Counted from the first letter of the stretch, positions 10,592 through 22,816 are shown. The stretch is DNA of 64,000 bases from an uncultured virus (IMG/VR IMGVR_UViG_2061766007_000711) (IMGVR_UViG_2061766007_000711), one strand, 5' to 3'. The notes: a model not told the origin generated them from the letters alone. Numbers and translations are program-made.

Positions 10592-11301
10592 GGCTTCTCC
10601 AAATGGCCTATCTTCTGTACGAAGACCGGAGGAATTTCGTTGATTACATATACCGAGCCGTCACGGGAGGACATGTCGTCATATACCGTGAAAGCTTCCG
10701 GGAGGTCAATCAGGTATACAAAGTAGGATTCTCGTTCACTAATGGAGCCATTGTGGAGATAGACGTCATTGAACCGGCGGGCGACNNNNNNNNNNNNNNN
10801 NNNNNNNNNNNNNNNNNNNNNNNCCGGCGGCAGGCGGTGGTCTACCAGTGTTCCAAGCGGAAGAAGATAGATTCTAGGAGTATATTCTTCGAACCGATGG
10901 GATGCCTTGCACCGAATTCCATTACGCTGCAGGTCGTCTACCGGGCTAAGATGGATGTACTTGGTGGATATGGGAATTTCTGCCCTGGCATGGTCAGGCT
11001 TGAATATTAGACCGTACTTCATGTCCAGGTTTGCAAGCCGGTATGAGAACTTCTGTGCAAGTTCGGCCAGATGTTTACGGTCGGCTAGTTCTAGAACGCC
11101 GTCACCTACCATTACGTAACCCATATAGTTCCCCATGGGTGGAGCAATTGTGTACTTGGCAAATCCAGGCACTTGGATGTCCATCTGCCTGATGAATATG
11201 TCTTCCGGATATGGTTCCAGGTTCTCAAACAGTGTATTGCTGAATTCGAGCTTGCCACACATCTCGTCTGAATAGTGTATGTAGTCTACAAGTGCCTTCA
11301 T
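10588..11301 (-). CDS. Putative ADP-ribosyltransferase-fold (Tpt1/KptA-like) protein, paralog 1
   Basis: YIHLSP..L..NGI...RIYL...YLIDL..VY...IPP; colinear with the neighbouring paralog. Confidence 0.45.
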   Translation of the reverse strand: MKALVDYIHYSDEMCGKLEFSNTLFENLEPYPEDIFIRQMDIQVPGFAKYTIAPPMGNYMGYVMVGDGVLELADRKHLAELAQKFSYRLANLDMKYGLIFKPDHARAEIPISTKYIHLSPVDDLQRNGIRCKASHRFEEYTPRIYLLPLGTLVDHRLPPXXXXXXXXXXXXXVARRFNDVYLHNGSISERESYFVYLIDLPEAFTVYDDMSSRDGSVYVINEIPPVFVQKIGHLEKP

Positions 11302-11353
11302 ATTACATAGTTTAGTGCTTCCATGATATAAACTGTCAATTTAGAGGTAAGAT

Positions 11354-12170
11354 ATGCCGGTAAAGTTCATTACTACTGACGACATGGCCCGCTACATCAG
11401 CGCCCGTATGGGTGACGAGGTGAACGAGATTGAGATGGTGGTCGAGGAGCACAAGGGCCTCGGGCACATCTACATGGCNNNNNNNNNNAATTGAGATGGT
11501 GGTCGAGGAGCACAAGGGCCTCGGGCACATCTACATGGCCATACAGGATACGGCGGACTGGCTGTTCCGTTACTGCTTCGATGAGTCCGCCTACGTGGAC
11601 TACATGCTCATCAGGCTTCAGCCGGGAGTAATCGAGTACCACGTGCCGGAGGAAGTGATGAACGTGGTCGAGCTTACGCCTTCCTACGGCAACACCTTCT
11701 CCCCGATGATGGCATGGGACGTAGGCCCCGGCGAGTCCCTAATCGGTGTCGGCGGCGCCGGCATGGGCGGCCTCGGCCAGTTCGACCTGGTTACCATGGC
11801 GGGTGCCATGAGATACCTGCAGGACATGAAGAAGCTGGTGGGTACGCAGTACAACATCAAGCTGCATCCGATTGACCACATACTTCGCGTGTTCCCGACA
11901 CCGAAGACACCGAGGAACGCAATCGCCATGGTCTATACCAAGGCAAAGATGTCGGAACTCTACAACAACATCGTCTTCCGTGACCTCGCGGTGGCCCGTG
12001 CCCAGATTCAGCTGGGCGAGATTCTCAAGAGGGACACCTATCAGATACCGGGAGGCGGCCAGATTAACGGTGAACAGATTTACAACGACGCGATGACCAA
12101 GTGGGACAAGCTCTTCGAGCTGATGCAGAAGGAGTCCCCGGGTCCGCTCATGATGACGGACCTCAGCTAG
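11354..12170 (+). CDS. Neck protein, T4 gp13-like (short duplicated segment at the 11479 gap)
   Basis: N-terminal YISARMG..VNEIEM; C-terminal QIPGGGQINGEQIYNDA resembles the gp13 motif LPGGV.LNG..IY..A. Confidence 0.8.
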
Positions 12171-12198
12171 CCATAGCGAAGGAAAATACAAAGGAGAC

Positions 12199-12993
12199 AT
12201 GATGGGAAAAGAGAAGAAGCGCCTCTTCAACGAAGAGGCAGGCACGGTAAACCCTACCGGTATCGAACGGTACCACTTTGACCGGAGCAAGCACAAGTAC
12301 GGGTTCTCCCTGGCGGGGAACATTAAGGTAGGCAACATTGCCACCTGGTCCACCTTGCTCGGCGACTACACCTACAAGGGGCTCAATGGCCTTCTGAAGG
12401 ACATCAAGGGTACATGCCAGAACTGTACCGCGTGCAAGACAAGCTGCTACGTGAGGGCATCGTACCGGTTTCCTGGCGTTGTCCAGTCCCAGGCGATAAA
12501 TACCTGGGGGCTCAGGAACGAGCTCGACAAGGTGGAGGCTGACCTGGCAGAACAGCTGGAGCGCCGTCACGTCAAGATTGCCAGGGTGAATCAGTCCGGG
12601 GAGATTGAGGACGAGAAGCAGTTCGCGATGTGGTGCCGCCTGGCTATCCGGTTCCCGGACACAAAGTTCTACATCTATACCAAGATGTACGACATCGTCG
12701 GGAAGTTCCTGGATAATGGAGACGTCCCTCCCAACTTCACCATCCTGTTCTCGGTCTGGCACGAGTACGGGGCGGAGGAATACCAGAAGTACGCCAAGTA
12801 CCCCAATGTCAAGGCGTTCGTATACGATGACGGGGAGAACATGCACCTGCCGACGAAGTGCTACTGCCCGGCTTACCTTGTAATCGGGAGCACCGGGAAG
12901 GCCAAGCTGAACCCCGACCCGAAGTCGCATTGCGAGAACTGCCGCCTGTGCATCGACAGCAAGGTCAAGGTAATCGGCTGTCACGACCACTAA
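12199..12993 (+). CDS. Phage Gp88-like cysteine-rich protein
   Basis: GNIKVG, CQNC..C...CY, RVNQSGE, FYIYTK, terminal C..C..C. Confidence 0.65.
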   Translation: MMGKEKKRLFNEEAGTVNPTGIERYHFDRSKHKYGFSLAGNIKVGNIATWSTLLGDYTYKGLNGLLKDIKGTCQNCTACKTSCYVRASYRFPGVVQSQAINTWGLRNELDKVEADLAEQLERRHVKIARVNQSGEIEDEKQFAMWCRLAIRFPDTKFYIYTKMYDIVGKFLDNGDVPPNFTILFSVWHEYGAEEYQKYAKYPNVKAFVYDDGENMHLPTKCYCPAYLVIGSTGKAKLNPDPKSHCENCRLCIDSKVKVIGCHDH

Positions 12994-12999
12994 GAAAAA

Positions 13000-13022
13000 G
13001 GCCGGGATTCCTCCCGGCCCTT
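13000..13022. terminator. Hairpin between convergent genes
   Basis: GGCCGGGA-TTCC-TCCCGGCC preceded by an A-run. Confidence 0.6.
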
Positions 13023-13041
13023 CCTATTCAGCAGCCAATAT

Positions 13042-13701
13042 CTACTTGAGGTCGACCATCAGTGCCTTGGCCAGGTGCAGGTCGGCGTCGATGCTTTTCA
13101 CACTCCTGATTATGCTGGACATCATCCGGAACCTCTTGAACATCTCGACCATGCATAGGAAGGTTGCCTTGGCGTCCGATAGCGCGGTATGGGCATGTTC
13201 GTTTTTTACTCCCAGCCGGGATGCCATGGCCCCGAGTGAGCGGCTTGGCATGTGGTCCCAGTCGTCGCATACTATCATGTTGTAGTCGGCAGACACGTCC
13301 ATCAGGTCCTTGTACCTGAGTGCGTCCAGTGCAGCCACTGTAGATGCCGGGAGGTATTTGCGGAGGAACCCGAGGTCGAACCGGAGGTTCTGCCCGAGTA
13401 TGTTGTGTACGTCATGCAGCTTGAGCTGTTCCTCCAGCACCTTGCCTACTTCGTCGGCCATGCTCCCGTTCCTTTCCAGGACGTCCGGGTCAAGCCCGTT
13501 CTTTTCTAGCGCCACCTTATCCATTTCCGTTCCCGGGAACTGGCTGGGCTTGAGTATCCATTCCCCCTCGTATGCGGTGGCGAACTGGAGGGTGGAGTCA
13601 TCAAGCGCGTAGATACCGAAGCCGACCTGCAGCAGCGGGTTATTTTCCGGGTACAGACCCCCGGTCTCTGTGTCGATTGAAAGGTATGTATGTACTGACA
13701 T
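13042..13701 (-). CDS. DEDDh 3'-5' exonuclease (DnaQ-like)
   Basis: IDTETGGL, GQNLRFD, HAHTALSDA motifs; start set at MSVHTYL. Confidence 0.88.
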   Translation of the reverse strand: MSVHTYLSIDTETGGLYPENNPLLQVGFGIYALDDSTLQFATAYEGEWILKPSQFPGTEMDKVALEKNGLDPDVLERNGSMADEVGKVLEEQLKLHDVHNILGQNLRFDLGFLRKYLPASTVAALDALRYKDLMDVSADYNMIVCDDWDHMPSRSLGAMASRLGVKNEHAHTALSDAKATFLCMVEMFKRFRMMSSIIRSVKSIDADLHLAKALMVDLK

Positions 13702-13732
13702 ACCCCAAATATAGCAAAAATCNNNNNNNNNN

Positions 13733-14749
13733 CTCGCCGAGCAGGTTGCCACACGGGTAGTAGTTGGGGTCCCCGGTGACGTCCTTGACGCACTTGTCGA
13801 CCTCCGGGGGACGGAAAAGTACGTCTTCCTTGAGGGACAGCAGGGTATCGTTGTCGAGGACCAGGGGGTTGCCGCTGGAATCCACGAGTTTTGACGAGGA
13901 ATCCTCGGTACCGTCGGTTGCCTTCCCGAGGGAGGTCGAGCCGAACAGGTTGTCGATGAAGTGCTGGTTGACCGGGCTGTCGATGACATCCTGGGATACG
14001 TTCTGGCCGCTGTCGGTGGCTACCTCGATGTATGCCTTCCACCAGTACTTGTGCCACATGTACTCGTAGTCCGGCAGCTCGTCCGTGATTGAGGCGATGC
14101 TGTACAGGATGTTGTTGTACTCCAGCTTCATCAGGTCGCCGGCCTTCGGGAATATCTGGGCGGCAGTGTACCCGTGGTAGCAGAAGGTGGAGTAGCCGCG
14201 CTGGGACCATTCCGGGTCGTGCATGCCGGGGTCGCAAAGGGGCTTGATGCCCGCATCCATGAGGCTCCGGTAGTTCCGCTCCAGGAACATTCCCATGTGG
14301 ATGAACACTTCCGTCTTGTCGGTGAACTGGATGCCGAACCGCTTGTATATCTCGTTCTGCGGGGTGAATGTAATCTTCATCGGTATCTCGAACACCCTGT
14401 CTATCGTACGGGAGTTGTCTTCCTTGGTCAGCGGGTTAGCAGAAGTGTCGAAAGTGGTCGTGTAGTACAGGAAGTGGTCGCCGTGCAGCCTAATCCAGTC
14501 CATCGTGGTGTCGAAGTACTTCTTCTGCGCGTGGTATGCGTTGTGCTTCCTCAGGTATCCGGTGTATCCGAGCTTCGTGTTGTGCTCGAAGTCAGGGAAG
14601 TTGTAGTTGGCCTTCGGAGACCGGTCGACATATCCCTCCGCCTTGTCGTCCCACTGGGACTTGGTGACGTGGGCGCGTACGCTGAACTCCGGCACGACTA
14701 CGTGCCTGGCCCTTACGTATCCCTTAATGTCTATCGGAAATGACGGCAT
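13733..14749 (-). CDS. Neck/head-closure protein, T4 gp14-like (3' end in gap)
   Basis: RFGIQFTDKTEVFI and PKAGDLM motifs; start moved to MPSFP, downstream of ATAAACT. Confidence 0.75.
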
Positions 14750-14829
14750 CGGAAACCTCTCGGGATGTAGTTTATATTCCGGGGGAGGCCCGGGAGATAT
14801 AAACTCCCGAATATCGAGAGGAAAGCGAT

Positions 14830-17662
14830 ATGGCATCGACTGCAGTAGCTAGAAAGTACACGAACATCTCGTTCGAAGAAATCCGTAACCACCTGATGGA
14901 GATTGTCCGGGCCAAGGAAGGACCCTTGGCGGACATGGGGGACAGCGCATATGGCAAGATGATGCTTGAGCTGTTCGCCGGCTTCGGAGACCTGACCGCC
15001 AACTGGGTCGAGTCGGCCTTCGAGAACTCGTGGATTGAGACCGCGTTCTCCAAGCCGCCAATGTATGCCGGCGCCCGCTCCCTCGGATACAGCATTCGGC
15101 GCCCGGTGCCTGCCAAGTGCTCAATCGGGGTAAGGGTGGCCGAGATTAGGGAGCATGGCACGCTCAAGGTGTTCATCCCCAAGGGAACCGTATTTACCCT
15201 CCCGGGAGCAACTCTGACTTCCATGTCCGACATGGAGTTCAGCTACGACTACGATACCGATACCTCGCAGACGGGCCTAATGGAGCTTACCAGTGGCCTG
15301 AACGTGCTTGCAGAAGGAGAGGTCAAGTATGAGACCCTGGTATCCAACGGACAGCAGAATCAGGTGTTTTACCTCAGCGACCCGTCATTTGCCGATTACT
15401 TCGGAGACGGCGACCCGAACTACTCCGATGACGGCAACATTTCCCACCGTCCGGCATGCTTTACCACGGTGACGACGGATGCGACCCTGATGGACAATAT
15501 CGACCCGGATGTCGTCATCGACGACCGTCTATACTGGCGTATTTCCCGTAGGGGTCTCGAGGACCCGACCATAGAGAGCAGCGGCAACGACATAGCCAAC
15601 TTTGCTTCCAAGCAGGATAACTACACGAAGAACTACACTGTTCTGATGGAGACTGCCAATGACGGAAAGGTGGCAATCCGCTTCGGCGACGGGCTGAAGT
15701 CCGCGATTCCGTTTGGCGATATCGAGGTCAAGTATTTCTCCACCCACGGGGAAGCCGGTAACATGCTCAATGTGTTCGGCACGGCACTGTCGACTACCGG
15801 CGGGGNNNNNNNNNNTTCGCCGAGCAGGTTGCCGCACGGGTAGTAGTTGGGGTCCCCGGTTACGTCCTTGACACACTTGTCGACCTCCGGGGGACGGAAC
15901 AGTACGTCCTCCTTGAGGGAGAGCAGGGTGTCGTTGTCGATGACCAGCGGGTTTCCGCTGGAGTCCACGAGCTTCGAGGATGCGTCCTCGGTGCCGTCGG
16001 TTGCCTTCCCGAGGGAGGTCGAGCCGAACAGGTTGTCGATGAANNNNNNNNNNCGACCTCAATATCTGTCTGACTACCGACATCCGTGGTGGTCTGAACA
16101 TAGAGACTCTCGATTCCATCCGGAACAATGCGTCGTCGGTATACAGCTCGCTTGACCGGCTGGTGACCAAGACCGCATACAAGATATTCCTCCGCCGTTA
16201 TTCCGACGTGAAGTACGCTTCGGCATATGGAGAGGACGTTCTCAATACGAAACTACTCAATGGTGGAATCAACGTGAAGTACATGAACCAGGTGCGTTTT
16301 TCAGCCCTGAAGGACCTGTATAGGGAAAAGGACGGAAAGTACTATCCTACTACCGAGGATGAATACCTTCTGGACGGCTACAAGGTTAATGGCCTGATGT
16401 ACAACTGGCTGTATGACTTCCAGGACCCAAATGAAGATGCTACTTATCCGCTCGCTGCAGATGCGTATAGTCAGCTGGCCAGTAATCTATCAACAACTAT
16501 AAGTACTGTGTTGTCAGAGTCATCTGCATATCCATTGTCGAATGAACAACGTGATATCTATAGTGCTGCCGTATATGAAGCTGTGATGAAAGATGTTGCT
16601 AAACAGATGCCTAGTGCGGATAGTATGGTTGACACATCTGTGTTCTCTGCATTCCTGACACCTATGGATTTTGTTGTGGATGGAAGTGAACTCCACAGCA
16701 TCATGCTGGCATTGAACCGCCGTGGCATGCTGACGGTGGGTGACGGGTTCCACAACTACGTATATCCGTCTGTCCACAACATGAACATCAAGATGGACGT
16801 GGTGCTGTTCAAGGGAAACAACTTTACCGATATCAGGGAGAAAATCAAGCAAGCTGTCTACAAGTACCTAAAGGACAATACCGAATTCGGAACGCCGGTA
16901 TACCGTTCAAAGATTGCTTCGCTTGTACATACCATGAAGGAAGTGGCCGGCGTAGACGTGACATTTGAGGTTGCCGATAGCGTGTTCAAGGATGTTGACT
17001 TGGCTGAATATCCGTGGATGAGCGAGAATGCGGGTGTGTTTATTGCTCGTGGTACTACTTCGTTCAGCGGAATGAAGTATCATCTTGGATATACTTATGG
17101 AGGCCAGCGATATCATGATAGAGAATTTGCCATGAGAGACCAGAGTACCATTCAGAGTGCAATATCTACCTACTATGAGAAAGAAGTGCTTCCTGCGGTG
17201 AACAGCAACTCGATTAACGATAGGCTCATTGACCGGTTTGTTGCCTTTATATGGAGCAAGGTCATGGATGAAATATACTATCCGATTAACAACGCTATAA
17301 GCGACTCGATGTCTGGCGGTAGCCACCGGGATGTGGAGCAGTATGCCGCCATTATACGGAACATGAAGACATGGGACATGGGCAAGGACTCCATTACGTT
17401 CAAGGATGTGAACGGCATTGTCGACATGTCCGAGGTAAACGGTAGTACTCTGTTTGACTACATGCGCTACGGTATGGATTACATAAAGCTGGTGCGCAGG
17501 GTGCTCGGTGTAAAGGCTGCATCGACGCTGATTGACCCGCAGACCGGGAACATCACCAACTACAGCAACGACAACGAGATTGTACAGTTCAACATCCCGA
17601 ACGAAATGATTAACTTGAGCGTGGCGCAGTACAGCTCGCTGCTTACAGGTACAGGGAAATAA
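14830..17662 (+). CDS. Baseplate wedge protein, T4 gp6-like (split by misassembled insert 15806-16053)
   Basis: YTNISFEEIRNHL, ARSLGY, IRFGDG, ETLDSIRNNA...VTKTAY motifs continue across the gaps. Confidence 0.8.
15816..16043 (-). repeat. Divergent duplicate of the gp14-like C-terminus (about 13733-13960); probable strain allele misplaced by scaffolding
   Basis: Direct repeat between two 10-N gaps, mostly synonymous differences. Confidence 0.75.
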
Positions 17663-17665
17663 GTC

Positions 17666-20600
17666 ATGAATCCGATTCCATTAAATGACCGCGGACAGTT
17701 CCGATACACAGACTTGGTTGGATATATACCGGAGTTTCTCCAGGAAGAACCGGATGTGGTCGACTTCCTGCAGGTGATGAGCGACTATATCAATGATGCC
17801 TACAGAAACATCGAGGATGTGGAGGAATTCGAATTCAAGCTGTGTACGACCAGTGACGGCATAGCCAGAGTAACAGATGTATTGAGTAGGCTCAGGACTA
17901 TGTTCGAGCTGGCAAGCAACCGCGGTGACCGGGTATGCTACCTTTCCGTTCCTAGGGCAAACGTGAAGACCAATGCTGTATTCGGGAAGGCCACCGGATA
18001 TACTCCGTATTACCTGGATGTCGGATATACCGAGATAGTCGATGAGATAAAGAATATATCGTCAATTGACCGTCGGGTTGCCGAAATGTCCGATGGAGAC
18101 GTGGTGTTTGTTAACTATGCCACCATGAGCCCGGTAGTGACTAGGGCATACTATTACTCGCGGTCGGCTAACTCCCTTATCATGGAGCCGGAATATGCCT
18201 CGCAGGACCCGTTCACCAATACCGACAATAGCGGGAACAGGATGATATCGTTCCTTGTTAGCGATATTTCCAGTATCAGCAAGCGTTATGGTGGTGAAAT
18301 TGGCGGAAACAGCTATTACGAGATTCTTTTCACTGCACGTATAAGTGACGTGACGTCGGAGAGCGCTACCGAGAAGGTGTACTTTGACGTTGATAGGATT
18401 GACGAGACACCGGACGAGGTATATGTAGATTACTACGGAATGGAATATGTACCCAGGGGGAAGTTCCATGCTGCGATTTCATTCTATAATGCGGATGGGT
18501 GGGCCTGGAAGGACGGATATCCGACAGGGATATTCTACTTGAAGGATACCAGCGCAGCGAAGCTCACTACGGTCGGTAATGTATCCGACCAGTTTATGGA
18601 TATGCCCGCTGACCCGACCTCACGTCTCGAATCGGATAGGTATGCGCTGACAGACAAGATATCCATCGACTTGGAACAGGGTGTGTGCCGCTTTACTACC
18701 GATACCGTGTTTCCCCAGCAGGATTCCGGAAGGTTCTACTTAATGGACCGGAAGACCGGCGAATGCCTGGGCGAGTTCCAGGTTGCTCCACAGTCATACA
18801 TGGAGGACAAGTATGTCACTGTCGCATATCCTGTGTGGATGGACGAGCTTGGCGACCGGAATGATAAGGATAGACTCTTCATCATGTGCATTCCGCTGTA
18901 TTTCAACAGGGGAATCGTTGACATGGAGCAGAGCCAGCCGAGAATGAACTGGAAGTTCCTGGGAGAATCCGATTATATCCAGATGGACTGGGAAAACACA
19001 TATGCAGTCAGGATACGCCAGAAGTCTCCCGAGAAGGTAATGAAAGTCGGTAGCTCGTTCACGGTAAATGAGGACTATATCTATGACAATATGCGGCAAA
19101 GCCTGTACATCCCTAATGATGTCCTTGATGCACTCAAAGAAGGGATGATAATCAGCTGTGACGGTAAGCTGTGGTCCGGCGGGCAAACTACCGTGGCGAG
19201 ACTGCGCAAGAACGTGTATTTCAACGGCGAACTGTATGGTGTACTTACAATATCGAACAACTGCAGGTTCAATACTTTCTTATCTCCTGTCGAGGTACAG
19301 ATTTACACTGATTTTGATGGGTCCGTTAACGTGGATAGTGAGGGGACATGCACCATAAAGCCAATACATAACCTGGAGGCCTATGACGTAAGTTCAGGTA
19401 ATTATGTCGCGATAGGGTCATGTAACGGAGAGAAATGGGCATCGCGGATAATCGAGATAAAGTCCGATACCAATACCAATAATTTGCTGCTGGAACTGGA
19501 GAAGGCCCCTTCACCGGGTACTTATGACCTGATAGTCGGCTCATATGACAAGGAATATGGTTATGCGGCCAGGTTCTCTGATGTTGTAAAGGGTACCGAC
19601 GGCTGGGTTAGTGGAACATGTCGTCAGCCGCTAAACGACGTGTACACGGACGGTGCTTTCCTCATGAGTGACGACAAGAATACCGCGTACATAGATGTCG
19701 GTGCTGGTACGTCCGGCTCGGACATCACGGAATTCAGTACATCTGGCCGCAGGTACGAACCCGGCATGACAGTGTATGACCCGGAAACCCAGATGCTGTA
19801 TACATGCGTGGCTCCGTATACCGCGGAAGACTCGTCAGTTCATATTTCGGAGTTGCCTTACTTCTCGACGGATACTGCTACCAGGCACAGGGTTCCCTAC
19901 GTCAGCGCAAGGAACATGTTCATGCCGTTCTATGGCCAGGTAAAGGCAATGGAATTCGGCGAGAAGGTCCCTTATGGGGTTTCTGGGGCATCCGTATCCA
20001 GGCCTCTTTACATAACCAAGGTTGTCGAGAACCGGCTGAAGTACGGATGGGAGCACCGCGAGTTCCTGAACTATGGCACCAATATGACCATGAACGACCG
20101 TGCACGGAACGGTTCCCTCGAGGTATACAGTTCTAGGCGCACCGGGTCGGATGATGTGATGGAGAGCAGATACGACATGGTCACCGCCACTATCGACCGT
20201 ATGGTGAAGTGGGCGATAGATTACCAGGTAATTAGGCGGGGCACTGACTCCCGTACCGTAATAGACGTGGATAATCCTGTGGCGATGTTTGCAGAACTGG
20301 TCGGGAATGACTGGGTGGTTACGGTAAGTTCTGCTGGGCACGGTCTATCAAACGGCATCGTGCTGCGTGTTGCAGGATTCCAGACGGTCGACGGGCTGTC
20401 GATTAACGGATACCGGACGGTTACCGTCATTTCAGGCGACTCGTTCTCCATAAAGGTCCCGAGGACTCCTGCTGAGTATGCCGGTATTTCCCGGCAGATA
20501 CCTGTGGCGGGCGGCATCATGGAATACATAGGGGACTATTGGATGAACGCGGTCAGCGTCCAGTACCATGACCAGACAGTAAACGAGTATGTCGCCGTGT

Positions 20601-22729
20601 TTAGCACTCCGATGGTCGGTGTACATCCGGGGGACGAGCTGGTAATTGTTGATATGGACGATGACGTCCTGGTTGCCGGGGAGCCTGCCGAGTATGGGAT
20701 AGTGGCACTAGACGATGGGTCCGACTCTGACCGTGGATTTAGGTTCAAGTGTCCCGCTTCCCTTGACCTGGCACACAAGTTCCAGGTGCGCAGTAAGATT
20801 GCTGCTGGGGATTATGTCAAGGTAAACGACAGAATATACCTGACCGGTTCCGGCGTATGGGAAGAAAGGGACTCGCACAGCGTGGCTACTCCGGCAACCC
20901 TGTACTCTAAGCAGAACGTTGCGACTATATCCGAGACGAACCCGGAATTTGCCTTGGGTGACGACATACGTGTCGAGAGTATCATGGCTGAAGGTGACGA
21001 TACTGCACTGGTAAGGTTGAAGGACCCTGTGCCGCATTTCGTCACGGAAAATGCCGGCATCATTGAGAAGCGTACCATGGTGCGCCTCAGGAATGTCACC
21101 CCGGGTGAATACAACGGCTGGCATACTATAACTGAAGTGATAAGCCCGAAGGCTTTCCGCATGACGGTCCGGTTTACCCCCGGTACGGCAACGGATGGCG
21201 TAGGACTTAATGGCGGGGAAATGTACATGAACGAGGGTCGCTGGTATGCGTTCACGCTCCACACGGTGGCCCTGGACAAGATTAGCAACCGGGTCACATT
21301 CTCGCTCGACAACAAGATAGTCGACGGGGAGCTTGGGTCGGTAGTCACCAGCCGTGAACATGGATTGCGTGTAGGGGATTATGTGGTCGTAGGTGATGCT
21401 GACAGCATAGCTTCAATGGATGCCGACAATGTATCTGCTGCAATATCTGGCATGAGCTGTTTCCGGGTGAAGTCCGTTCCCAGTTCGGCATCTCTTGCCC
21501 TGGAAACGCTGGATGGCGAGACGGTAAATGGCAGCATGTACGCCGGGTTCAGCATAGCCAGGGGCGTAGTCCTGACGGCCAGGATGGATGACCTGGGCAC
21601 TCTCCGTGGGGAGTACACCAGGCAGCTCGATAGTCTGGGCGGTCGAAACTACCGGTTCATGAACGGGGATATCGTTATTGCCGCCCGCCAGCAGAATCCT
21701 TCCGAACTGAGGTCATGGAAGGTGCGCGGCGATGGGGTGTGGACCCCAATCAGGGCCAAGCGCTCCATGAAGGTTTCCGAACTTGGAATACACCGGTACT
21801 ACAATGCCGAGTACGAGTACGCTGCCGAGGACGAGGATGTCGATGCAGACAAGTACGAGACCTATAGTGACGTGGATGTGTACTATGATACCGGCATGAA
21901 GTACGTTGCCGGGTTCCGGACAGTGGATAGGGCGAAGTTCATTGCCCCTGCACTTGATGACATGGACACCACCAGGAACGCAAATGCCGAGTACTCGTCC
22001 GGCGAGGACTTCTCCAACGTGGCTCCCAGGTACGACATGAAATCCAGCTTCCGCGGAGTCCCGGCAATGAAGTATCCTCTTGCGGAGAAGATTGAGCGCC
22101 TGTGCTACCTGAGGGACGCCAATGTAATCGACTATGACCTGATAGAGTATCTGGCTAGATACCTGGGGTATGACATTACGGCGTTGGGCGAGGACGTAAA
22201 CGAGAGCAGCATTTACCGTACCAAGGAGGAGCGGGAGAAGGCTATCAGGGAGACGGTGACCAACCTCGCGCAGTACTATACACTTGGCGGTACCAAGTCC
22301 GGCCTGCACATGATGATGGCCGCATTTGGTGTAATCGGCGAGGCGCTGACTCTGTGGACTGATGCCGAACATCCATACAGGGACATGATTTATCGTGAAG
22401 AGGTGGTCGACCGGGTAGAGTCCGGGCTCGGGGGAAAGTGGGTTCCTACTCCATATATCGACCTGCGGATAATCAACAACGCCAAGTATCCCCAGTTTGC
22501 TGTCAGTCAGTCTGACATAGCGCGTATCAGGGAGCATATACGTGTCTTCAAGCCAATTAACGTGGTTTTCCGGGACATCGTATCCCAGATGGTGGATACC
22601 AACTATGTCACCGTTACTGCTAGCCTGGCAGAGTCCTCTGTATTCGGGAATTCCGGCGCGGTTGGCACGGGCGACGATGAACTGGTGGTGGACTATAATA
22701 CACCTGAGCTGAATAATTGCGCATTTTAG
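17666..22729 (+). CDS. Large baseplate protein (gp7 / P2 gpI-like C-terminus)
   Basis: Follows gp6; N-terminal YIPEFLQE; C-terminal LARYLGY..LAQYYTLGGTKSGL..FKPINV; internal HGL..G repeats. Confidence 0.65.
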   Translation: MNPIPLNDRGQFRYTDLVGYIPEFLQEEPDVVDFLQVMSDYINDAYRNIEDVEEFEFKLCTTSDGIARVTDVLSRLRTMFELASNRGDRVCYLSVPRANVKTNAVFGKATGYTPYYLDVGYTEIVDEIKNISSIDRRVAEMSDGDVVFVNYATMSPVVTRAYYYSRSANSLIMEPEYASQDPFTNTDNSGNRMISFLVSDISSISKRYGGEIGGNSYYEILFTARISDVTSESATEKVYFDVDRIDETPDEVYVDYYGMEYVPRGKFHAAISFYNADGWAWKDGYPTGIFYLKDTSAAKLTTVGNVSDQFMDMPADPTSRLESDRYALTDKISIDLEQGVCRFTTDTVFPQQDSGRFYLMDRKTGECLGEFQVAPQSYMEDKYVTVAYPVWMDELGDRNDKDRLFIMCIPLYFNRGIVDMEQSQPRMNWKFLGESDYIQMDWENTYAVRIRQKSPEKVMKVGSSFTVNEDYIYDNMRQSLYIPNDVLDALKEGMIISCDGKLWSGGQTTVARLRKNVYFNGELYGVLTISNNCRFNTFLSPVEVQIYTDFDGSVNVDSEGTCTIKPIHNLEAYDVSSGNYVAIGSCNGEKWASRIIEIKSDTNTNNLLLELEKAPSPGTYDLIVGSYDKEYGYAARFSDVVKGTDGWVSGTCRQPLNDVYTDGAFLMSDDKNTAYIDVGAGTSGSDITEFSTSGRRYEPGMTVYDPETQMLYTCVAPYTAEDSSVHISELPYFSTDTATRHRVPYVSARNMFMPFYGQVKAMEFGEKVPYGVSGASVSRPLYITKVVENRLKYGWEHREFLNYGTNMTMNDRARNGSLEVYSSRRTGSDDVMESRYDMVTATIDRMVKWAIDYQVIRRGTDSRTVIDVDNPVAMFAELVGNDWVVTVSSAGHGLSNGIVLRVAGFQTVDGLSINGYRTVTVISGDSFSIKVPRTPAEYAGISRQIPVAGGIMEYIGDYWMNAVSVQYHDQTVNEYVAVFSTPMVGVHPGDELVIVDMDDDVLVAGEPAEYGIVALDDGSDSDRGFRFKCPASLDLAHKFQVRSKIAAGDYVKVNDRIYLTGSGVWEERDSHSVATPATLYSKQNVATISETNPEFALGDDIRVESIMAEGDDTALVRLKDPVPHFVTENAGIIEKRTMVRLRNVTPGEYNGWHTITEVISPKAFRMTVRFTPGTATDGVGLNGGEMYMNEGRWYAFTLHTVALDKISNRVTFSLDNKIVDGELGSVVTSREHGLRVGDYVVVGDADSIASMDADNVSAAISGMSCFRVKSVPSSASLALETLDGETVNGSMYAGFSIARGVVLTARMDDLGTLRGEYTRQLDSLGGRNYRFMNGDIVIAARQQNPSELRSWKVRGDGVWTPIRAKRSMKVSELGIHRYYNAEYEYAAEDEDVDADKYETYSDVDVYYDTGMKYVAGFRTVDRAKFIAPALDDMDTTRNANAEYSSGEDFSNVAPRYDMKSSFRGVPAMKYPLAEKIERLCYLRDANVIDYDLIEYLARYLGYDITALGEDVNESSIYRTKEEREKAIRETVTNLAQYYTLGGTKSGLHMMMAAFGVIGEALTLWTDAEHPYRDMIYREEVVDRVESGLGGKWVPTPYIDLRIINNAKYPQFAVSQSDIARIREHIRVFKPINVVFRDIVSQMVDTNYVTVTASLAESSVFGNSGAVGTGDDELVVDYNTPELNNCAF

Positions 22730-22816
22730 CGGGATGACCCGGTAGTCCCGTGTTTTAGGTACGTTCGGAAAATAATAAACTAGTTTTTCGAATGGATTAT
22801 CTCGGGTTATCCCAAT

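Noticed and set aside
13733..16043. Repeat pair 13733-13960 / 15816-16043 as DGR template/variable repeat or invertible segment
   Set aside because: Same orientation, differences mostly synonymous and not adenine-specific, bounded by 10-N gaps, no reverse transcriptase in the window; best explained as a misplaced strain allele
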